A stretch of 64,000 nucleotides of DNA from Hamiltosporidium tvaerminnensis FI-OER-3-3. Lineage: Eukaryota > Fungi > Microsporidia. Below are positions 54,413-64,000 of this stretch, piece after piece. The notes under the pieces were generated by a model, which was given only the letters and a program-made list of their open reading frames with translations, had not been told where the DNA came from and made no database searches. A program made the translations under genes and the position numbers. The stretch lies in NCBI GenBank assembly GCA_022605425.2, contig JAKIMF020000005.1, positions 434,001 through 498,000 on the forward strand. The letters run 5' to 3'. Within the stretch, counting starts at the first letter, position 1, and every line of letters begins with the position of its first letter.

Positions 54413-55751
54413 TCATTCCAAATTCATAAGTGAAAGTATTAAATTTTTGCATTTTTCTTCAATTTCATGAAAAGCTATAGATATGTTTTTGATATTTGCA
54501 TAGAACTTTAATTCTTCTCGATAAGTAGAAATAATTTCACCATATTCGTCAATACAAAAATTATATGCAAAAGAATCTACCCTATCTATATGAGCAGATA
54601 ATTCCATAGATTGAATAAAACATTTATTTTTTAAAGTGAAATCGTCTTTTTTTATTTTCTTTTCGAAAAAATATCCTTTGTTTATATATTCTATAGAAAA
54701 TATATTGTTTACAACCATAACTATATCTTTTCTAATTGGATTCACGTAATCCACATCTACTCTACGCGTAGGCATTGATTTAAGGCTTAGGATAGACTGA
54801 TTTTGCAAATCATGAAAATTCTCTTCTATCTTTTCCGTAAATTTAATCGCAGAATACTTCAAAAAAAGTTCTTCTGATACAAAAAAAGCTTTTAATTCCT
54901 TAAGATTTTGAAAGTATATTATATATTCAGAAGAAACAATTTTTTCATAATAGAATTTTACAGTGAAAAAGTTTTAGAAGTATCCTCAGAACTTAAGAAA
55001 AAGCCATCATTTTTCAAATTATTCGAACTACTATCAAAAAAAATACAGGGGTCATGAATGACGTATTTCTAACTTTTAGATATTTAAAAATAATTTTCTT
55101 GAATAAAAAGATATCTAAATTTGGTATTTTTCCTCGACAAATAAAGATAAATGTTTTTTGACTAAGAAAATTTGTCGCATTCATCTGGAAATCCAGACTT
55201 TTAGAGAAAATCTTTTTGATAGATTCTATATTTAAATTTTCATTCTTAAAATTGTTTATATAGTAATGAAAATATCTGAAGAGTTTAGAAATGTCCTCGT
55301 AAATAAAATTTGTTCCGTTATTTATTACAATTTTTTCTTTCGGTTTACACATTTTTCCTTCTAAATGATTATTCAATGCACATAAAATTTTTTTAATAAT
55401 GTTCTCAGTGTTTAAATTTGAATCTTCAGACCAATCAAATTGAACATAAAAAAAATGTGTTTTTATCGTCTTAGAATGTGTGATTTTATTTATGAATCCC
55501 TCAAAATCTGCAATTGTTGTAAGATTATTTGTTTCTATGAAATATACATCATTAAATGCATTTTTAGAATAACCAGAAAATAACTGCTCTATCAGATTAA
55601 ATGCATGCTTCTCAAAATATGTAGTTTCCTCTTTATAGGGAAACATACCCTTATCTGGTATCGTTTTATTTGACTTCGAAAGATAAATTTGTCCTACAAT
55701 AAATACTATTATAATAAACATTTCTTGTTTAATTAATATTAAGATATTCAT
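54413..55751 (-). pseudogene. Frameshifted copy 3 of the arrayed secreted-protein gene
   Basis: Same two 1-bp deletions as copy 1 (A8 at 55036-55043; missing C at ~54965). Confidence 0.85.
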
Positions 55752-56456
55752 AAACACATTTGTTTCTTTACTTATATAATTTGTGATAATAAATTAAAAA
55801 TAACAAATTGTAATTTGATTAATTAAATTTTTTAATCAATCAAATCTTAAATTCAGAACTTATGAAAATTTAATTTAAAATCATTATTCGAGTTAGAACC
55901 AACATAAATTTGATTTTAATATAAATAATTCTAGTTTTTAGAAAATTTCAAGTTTAATTCATATGATGAATAATTTATATTTTTTTTAATTTATATTAAT
56001 ATTCTGGTTCATAAATTTATATTAAGGTTAATATAATACTTAAGAATGCAACATTATATGCATTTTTTGGTTGTAGATACTTAGTTATAAGTTCTTACGG
56101 ATCTTGCTGTCTTCCATTTTTCGTTTTTACCTGACTCTTTTGACCAAAATCGTTCTATTTAGAAAGACATTTTCAATATAAATTCATTTCTTTAGGAAGC
56201 CAGCTGGGTTTGAAGTATTTTGGCTCCAATAAGATCACCTTTCTGACTTTAATTTCTGATATTAAAATTAAAATGTTGTCTTAGAGAAGCTATCGCGCCG
56301 TTTATATTTATTTTTAAGATCTGTAGTTGAGGAATACTTTTCCTTTGCCTTTATGTAATATCCATTCTGCTAGCCTTTCTGGTATTACCCATTAAGGTTT
56401 TAAAGATTGTATAATTAGAAATTTCCATAAGATATATATAATCTCCAGGCTTTAGG

Positions 56457-57165
56457 CGAGGGTAAAAAACTTCATTAAAAACTATCTCCTGGCAAAAAAA
56501 TATCTAAATTGCTGGTTAAAATATTGCTTTTGTTTTTGGTGGGACGAAAACTACACCAGATTTTAGATTTTTCACGGGAATGGGTATAAAATGAGGAAGG
56601 TCTAAATAAAGAGTAAAAATTTTCCACGGTCTTTGTTTGTAGTATATATAACTAGATTGGAGACCACGGCTGAAATTGTAGGTAGTTGTATGTGAAAGCA
56701 TGAAAAATTAGCTTTACTCACTCGGCTTAGAGAGTTTAGCGCTTTGATGATGCAAAAAAGTTACCTTTTAAATAACCAAGGCACGGAGAAGCAGGTTATT
56801 TCCCCTTAAGACATTTAAATGTCTAATTTGAAGCATGTAAGTTTAAGATATGTCTTAACATGAAATATATTCGTCTCAAAAATGTAAAGTAAGTAAGATA
56901 TTACGTGTTTTAGGGGAATTACAAGGTTTATTTCGACCTAAAATTACACTCGTAGCAACAAAAATGTGCGAAAAACGATCTCGACACGCTCATTAAATAG
57001 TCCTACATATATTTTTAGAGGAAAAGCTTTAGAATATTGGTATATCAAAAAAACTGATGGAATGCTGGGGAGGCAGTGATTTTTTTTAAATCTAGAACTG
57101 CGTTAATGTCATGAAAACAATATAAAATACCCAAAAAAATTGTATATTAATTAGATAATAACCCT
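56457..57165 (+). mobile_element. Old copy of the ~730-nt element (array unit 3)
   Basis: Duplicate of 18085-18795. Confidence 0.7.
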
Positions 57166-57380
57166 TCTACTTTATACATATTTCAAGATCCGAAAAAGTT
57201 TAATGTACCGAATAATCAATACAATGATGAAAAATCTTTAACGAATAAATTCTAATATAAAGCTTATTTTATAAAACCATAATACTACTGATGTAACAAA
57301 TTTTAATTTATACATTAGGAACCATTGATAATATAAAGGTTAAAATTTTTACGTAATATTAAAAAGTAATAATTGTAGTA

Positions 57381-59262
57381 TTTTATATTGACTCCCCCTG
57401 CTGAATTTTACCCTGGCAAAAAGAAAAATCAAGAAGATCATCACACCTGCTAAATCGGATGAGATGGCAAAATTATTCGTATTATAGTTTTTTTGGCGGG
57501 AAACGCTTAAAGGTGGGAAAATAATTATTTCTGGATAAATAAAAGAATTTTAATAAAACAAGACCTCTCTAAATCGAAAAAAATTTAAAGAAATTAAAAA
57601 AAAGTCAAAAAAAATTAGAAAAATACTAAAATTAATTTAAAATAAAAATGAAATTATAAAAAATTAAAAAAATAAAATACAGAAAAATTATCACAGAATA
57701 AAAAAAATGAGAAAAATTTGATTTTTAAAGTGGTTTTATTTTGAGTTTTTTTTATATGCTTATCTTCTCACAGGTTTCTTTTACTTTTACTTTATATATG
57801 ACACACTTTTATAGTTTAATCTAAAAATATAAAGATTTAAAAATTTGAAAAAACAAAGGAAATAAGAGTTAAGTTACATATGACCCTTTAAATTAAAGGG
57901 TTTATAAAATATATTTTTTTAGGGTTTTTTTAATATATTTTTAAATCTTATTTATCCTATTATATAAGGAAAAGCATTTAAGAACAAGAGGGAGACAAAA
58001 TAATATGACAAAAAAAATATGTGGATATTAGTAATAAATTCTTCCAAAACCGAGCATATAGAATATTAAAATCAAGTAAAATAGCGAAAATTTTTAAATT
58101 TGTATTTTAAATACCAAAACATTGGGGTAAGTCCTTGAAGATGGCATTTTATTATGGCTTTTATATTTTTTGACAGTGGGAGCAAAATAAAATACCACAA
58201 TAATATAGAATTTGTTTTTGAATTTGCACAATAAAATATTTTTGGATAAGTAAATCAAACCAGCAGAAAGAAATTATGATAAGTTTAAAGTTTTGTAAAA
58301 ATTATTGTCAAAATATTTGTATTTTTTACAATTTAATGAGACTAAAATACTATTGCAGCAGTATTATTTTTTTACAGCAAGTTTGCGAAATAACTCAATT
58401 CTGCTTCCTTTTTATTGTAAATGTGTAGTTTATAATATATTTCGACAAATTTTTCTGATTGGATCGATATTATTGGCCTATTAATTGGCACATTAATTGG
58501 CAAAAGAATGCGATTTTAATTATTTTAAATTTTTCAAAAACACAATTTACTTTATATATCTTTAATTTCTTTATTCGTATAAATGAAACCACTGTAAAAA
58601 AACTTCCTGAAAAAAATTAAATATAAAGTATTGTAGATTTAGTTCGGGGATGTATAAAGTGCCTTGTTTCGTTTCAAACGAAATCAGGTACATTATACTC
58701 CCCTTTTATCTTCGGTTTTTATATCAGTGTAGAGACTAGAGTAGATACGCTATTTACGACTTATAATAGGAGTTATGAGTCTTTCGTGTTTTACTTAAAA
58801 AAAGTACATGGTGTAATCTAAATCATTCTAGCACAGAACAAATCAGTGAAAATTCAAAAATACAAACGAATCGAATTTAATTTTCTAAGATATGTTTAAA
58901 AAATAGTTTCGAGCATTTTCCGGCAAATACTTTCGGGAAATTTTTATTATCGTTGCTATTTATAAAAGATACTAGTGCTTAAATAATTACAATCAAAAAA
59001 ATATATTTGTAGCATTATTAAAACCATCTATAAAACATAATCTAATATTATAATACTAGAAAATATAAATTTTTTGCATATCAGTAATTTCAGATGTATT
59101 TCTTGTTCGGATTTACATTACCTATTTTCATTTAATTGAATATATTTTTAAAAAAATTTTATTCTATATTTTGGTTGTAAATAATATTTTGAGCCTTTAA
59201 CCATCGATTTTGCAAAATAATTTGGGTAGTTGTTTTTTTATAACTTCCATTTTCTTGAATTA
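57381..59262 (-). repeat. Long inverted arm, left arm of cassette 3
   Basis: Outer part to ~58490 matches the other left arms; the inner part contains a tract identical to RC of the arm starting at 63059. Confidence 0.9.
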
Positions 59263-62200
59263 TTTAATAAAATTCTGGGTTAAAATATTTTTAACATTTT
59301 TATATGTTTTCTTCTACCTCTTTAACCACTTTTGTCTCTTCTTCCAAATCCGACTCTTCATTTATGTTATTGGTCGGTTCCTCTAAAGTGGTTCCTCCTT
59401 GTAAAATAAAGGGTGCTTTATATTTTGGTTTAAAATTTTTTGCACCATCTTCCTCTGTTTTCGCTTCTTTTAAAGGGGGTATTGGTTCTTCATGCATCTC
59501 TGATCTCATAATAACACCCATTGACGCTCTCTCCCAGCTCTCTTCGGCATTTAGTCCTGACTCAAGTCCTCTTCGTCGATCAAAGGAAATTGTTTCGACT
59601 GTTTTCTTAAGTACTATAGACTGAATGTATGCCTCTACATTCATGGGTAATTCTAGTCTTTTAAGGTGAGATTTATGGTATTTTGTCACAATACCGTCCC
59701 AGGTCATCACATAAGGGATTATCTCAACACTACACTTATAAATAAGGCCCAACTCATTGGCTAGCAGGTCATACTTCCTAAGTTTTTCAGTTTCAACTAT
59801 TTGAAGTGAATCTTGGGAAGTGATTCCTACTTCAATGAGTGTTATCTTATTCTTCTTCTTATCTAAAATAAATATGTCCGGTCTGTTATTCCGAATTTTA
59901 ACATCAGTTTTAATTCTGGTGTCCACTCTTATCTCTGCATACTCATTATCAAGAATTTCTTGAACTGAGTGGCTCCTTATTCGTTTTGAAGACTTAAACT
60001 TATATCTATTTAAGAGAAGTAAGTGTAGGCATCTAACCACTTCATTATGCCGTCTAGTGTAATCATGGCCTAGTATTTTTTCACATCGAGTTGCTAGATG
60101 ATCTACAGTCTTACCAGATTCATTGCAATGTTGGCACATACCATCTGCTCCCTAGAATACATTTCTATCCTGGATATAGCAGAACGCAGCTTCATTTCGC
60201 GGCCTAATATTCCCTCTCTTTAGCAATCTAGAAGAGTCACTAACACTCACAAGCTCTTTTTTTCGTGCATTATATAACTTTGAATGAAGTTTTCGTTTTT
60301 CTATTTCGTTATATAGTTTTGCAAGGTGAGCATCTTCTAAACTTTTCTTAGTGACTTCTTCTACCAACCTGTACTTTACTTTTAAGAAGCCTTTTATTAG
60401 TGCAAGATGGGTTTTATTATTATTCTCCACCTTGAGGATTGCTGCTCATCTAGTTGATATTTCTTTACTTTTTTCCAGACAATCCAAGAGTTGCAGAAGC
60501 ATATGTTCGCTTCGCAACTCAACACTATGTAAGCCTCTTCCAAGTTCTGTTCTAGGAAGATACAACCGCTCTTTACATCCTAGGCGGAGATGTATCTTAT
60601 TCTTCACGCGCACCGCACGCACTGCATCATCTAACTTAGAGAAGTCAGTCGGTTCAAGTCGAAGTACTCCTATGTGGTAGTTGATTAACGATATCGCATG
60701 TTGATTGATTGCAGAAAATAAATTTTTTGCATTTAATCTAGTGTGACAAAGTCTTTCAACTCTTGATATAAGTTTGCTCTGTACTTCTTCAAATGAGCTA
60801 CGTGTTGGGATTCCTCTGCTATCTTCTATTATTCCTAAATATTTGTAAACACTAACACCTTCTAGAAAAGTAGCAGTATCTTCACAACACGTATCATTTG
60901 TGGCTGACTTCTCTTTGTTAATCTCTAAGCCAATCACCTCTAAAAATTCTTTTGCCTCGCCTGTCATAGCACTCAATGTGGAACTGTCTCTAGCAAGGAG
61001 CTTTCGATCATCAATAAACAAGAGATGATTAGTAGAATCGGATTCTGCATCTGTTTGTAGTGTCACTTGTGTATTTTTCAAAAGTTTTCGGCTCAATGGA
61101 TCCATACACAACACAAACAACAATGGTGACAAACTATCTCCTTGCAGAATCACTTCTCTCAATCTTTTTGCTCATGGTTTTTTCAGGCCCTACTAATATA
61201 TCAATTTTACATTTTTATAATTACCTTAATAAATTTCAAGATCTAAACAGGTAAATTAAGGTTTTCAATGCATTGAGTTAAATAAGCATGATGTATTGAA
61301 TCATAAACTTTTTTAACATCAATCATGTCGCCTTAAGATTTTTTCCCTACTCTTTATTGAAAGCAATATTCAGTAGAGCCTGCTCTTTCGCTCCCTGCAC
61401 ACCTCTTACCGCCCCTAATTGGTTCTCTGCAAGCAACCCTCGCCTTTCCACTTCAAGTTGAACGACTTTCGTTACACACTTTGTCGTTAACTTATAGAGG
61501 TTGGACATACAAGTGATTGGCCTGTAGTTAGAGCCTCTTCGTGGAATTCCTTTCGGTATCAAATACGTAAGCCCGCAGTAAAACCAATCAGCTTGAGTTT
61601 TTCCTTCTAAAAATATAACATTCACAATATCATAAATATATTTGTGAAGAGTTGTAAGTTTCTTAATGAAAAAATTGTAAATACCATCAATTCCAGCAGC
61701 TTTCCTATTGGGAAGCCAATTAATGATATTTACAAATTCATCAAGTGAAGGAAACGTGGTCCGATGATCATCTGATACAAATGGAATCAAATAATCATCA
61801 TACGTGACTGTTTCATCATTTTTGTTCCACATTGTAGACCAAAAACTCACAATTTCATCACCACTAACCACATGCTCGGATCTACACGCTCAGATAACCC
61901 ACGATAAAATCGACCTCGGAAAAGCTCAAACATACGACTCTCTTTTCGGAATTGCTTCTTACTTTCATGCATCGTAATTTTTTTCCTGTAAACATTCAAA
62001 GATTTATTCTTCTTAACTAAAGCCTCAGAAAGATCAGTTACGCTGCTAAAGTTTAAATTAAACTCTCGCATGATTTTCTTAAGGCTCTTCGTTTCCGAAG
62101 TGAAGAGCTTTTCCTGCTTACGAGCCTTCTCGAGAAGATTTTTTGAATGTAATAACTTAGAAATTTTACTTTCTATGTTTTCCTTCCAAGCGGATCTAGG

Positions 62201-63058
62201 CTTTTCTTTGCGTGTTGCCTCGTCATAGCATATCTGCGCAGCTTGCATGATATACGCGGCTTCCGTAATTGACTCAGGTACATGAGCTCCTGCATATTCA
62301 CCGACTACTCGATTAATGAGATCCAGAACTTTACTATCAACCAATTCATTTGGATGTTTTCTAGTTCGGACCACCACTTTTCCAATTTCGTTCTCCGAGA
62401 TTTCTTTGATTTTACTCAAGAATTTATCTCTCAGATTTTATGTACTCCGTGGTGTCGGTCAGGGTGCATGTATTAATTAGACAAGTGGCGATTCTACGTC
62501 GTTCTCTATTCTCTTCTGATTTTTCTTCCTTTCCCATCTCACTTTGGGCCAATTTTTTAACACTTCGAGAGTTACAGCGCAGCCGAATTTCTAATTATAG
62601 TACCTGTGAAGCTCTGTCCAGCCATTTCTTGGCATTCTTTCAAACCTTGTCTGTACTGCAAAAAAAACAATTCGAGGCCATTCCTTCGGGTCGGCTGTTA
62701 CGGAATCGAATATCGTCTTCAATGCCATTAGCCTGTTACCTTCCGGAATAGCTAGAGTACAGGGGCTTGTCATGTCGTACGATGGCTCGTACGTAAAGAC
62801 TTCAACCGAAGAGGGAACTGGTGCATTAGGCGAAGGTAAGGTGTCAAGCCCACTATTTTGCATTTTACTGCATGTTTGGCTTGGTGGTGGAGGTGTTATT
62901 GTTGTGTAGGAGGAGGAAGGTAGGGAGATCGCCGGTGGGTGTAGCTTACATTTTTGTACCTCACTATCACTCTTCTTCATCTCATCAGCGTCGTTTGCAG
63001 CCTTTATTTTGGTATTTTTCGATATTTCGCTACTAACATTTTTCTTTCTACCCATACC
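59260..63058 (-). mobile_element. R4/Dong-like RT-REL element, full-length span (ATG 63055 to stop 59300, ~1250 codons), frameshifted but with intact FIDD and REL motifs
   Basis: QGDSLSP, HLLFIDD, YKYLG, ERLYLPR..GRGL, CQHC..TVDHLATRC, RHNEVV, RPDI..IEV; single-ORF RT-CCHC-REL layout of the R2 superfamily. Confidence 0.95.
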
Positions 63059-64000
63059 CAATTAAATAGAAGTTATAAAAAATAAATACTCAAATTATTG
63101 GGCAAAATCGATGGTTAAAGACTCAAAGGATAATTTACAACTAAAATATAGAATAAAAATTATTTAAAAATATATTTAATGAAATGAAAATAGGTAATGT
63201 AAATCTAAAAAGAAATACATCTGAAATTTCTGATATGCCAAAAATCAATATTTTCCAGTATTATGATATTAGATTGTGTTTTATAGTTTGTTTTAATAAT
63301 GCTACAAATATTTTTTTGATTGTAATTATTTAAGCACTAGTATCTTCTAATAATAGCAAAGATAATAAAAAAAATTGCGAAAGTTATTGCCGGAAAAGTC
63401 TCAAAACTATTTTTTAAACCCATCTTAGAAAATTAAATTCGATTCTTTGTATTTTTGAATTTTCACTGATTTGTTCTGTGCTAGAATGATTTAGATTACA
63501 CCATGTACTTTTTTTAAGTAAAACACGAAAGACTCATAACTCCTATTATAAGTCGTAAATAGCGTATCTACTCTAGTCTCTACACTGATATAAAAACCGA
63601 AGATAAAAAAGGATCGTACAAGGAACCTTATTCGTTGAAACGAAACAAGGCACTTTATACATCCCAGAACTAAATCTACAATACTTTATATTTTATTTTT
63701 TTCAAAAAAAATGTTTTACAGTGGTTTAATTTATGCGAATAGGAAAATTGAAGATATATAAAGTAAATTGGGTTTTTAAAAAATAAAAAATAAATGAAAA
63801 TCGAATTTTATTGTTTAAATAAATATGCCCATAATATCGATATGACTACAAATTTTGTCGAAATATATTATAAACTACAAATTTACAATAAAAAGGAGGC
63901 AGAGTTGAGTTATTTCGCAAACTTGCTGTAAAAAAATAATACTGCTGCAATAGTATTTTAGTCTCATTAAATTGTAAAAAATACAAATATTTTGACAATA
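63059..64000 (+). repeat. Long arm, right arm of cassette 3 (runs off the window end)
   Basis: RC of ~58300-59255. Confidence 0.9.

Larger units (their letters stand above)
12490..58490. repeat. Tandem segmental array, ~2.4 units, period ~18.8 kb (19.5 kb where it includes the 738-bp insertion)
   Basis: Matching landmarks: gene ends 16040/35573/54413; ORFs 26849/45663, 28367/47185, 30029/48847. Confidence 0.95.

Noticed and set aside
1-64000. CRISPR arrays, rRNA or tRNA genes, prokaryotic RT systems (retron, DGR, group II intron)
   Set aside because: No regularly spaced short repeats and no recognisable rRNA or tRNA; the RTs have the eukaryotic RT-CCHC-REL non-LTR layout.

Overview
Very AT-rich eukaryotic DNA, most likely a large-genome microsporidian such as Hamiltosporidium. 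This is an inference from the intron-less compact MetRS with a CCC motif before its ATG and the abundant R4/Dong-type LINEs. The window begins with the 5' part of a methionyl-tRNA synthetase gene (minus strand), a lineage-specific secreted-protein gene and a small membrane-protein ORF. From ~12.5 to ~58.5 kb lies a tandem array of ~2.4 units with a period of ~18.8 kb. Each unit carries a paralogue of the secreted-protein gene, ~1.85-kb non-coding 'arm' repeats in both orientations, and an R4/Dong-like RT + restriction-like endonuclease (REL) retroelement. Main observation: each young RT-REL element sits between a pair of long inverted arms, cleanest at 57381-64000, where the ATG is only a few nt from one arm and the 3' UTR runs straight into the other. 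Arm pairs share private variants and have polarity-specific junctions. This suggests either a TIR-flanked retroelement or a LINE that site-specifically targets the centre of a foldback palindrome. A second candidate novelty is a ~730-nt, highly structured, non-coding SINE-like element: 8 near-full copies of different ages, one with an empty site and a ~10-bp target-site duplication (TSD). Coordinates of degenerate repeats are approximate, and all comparisons were made by eye.
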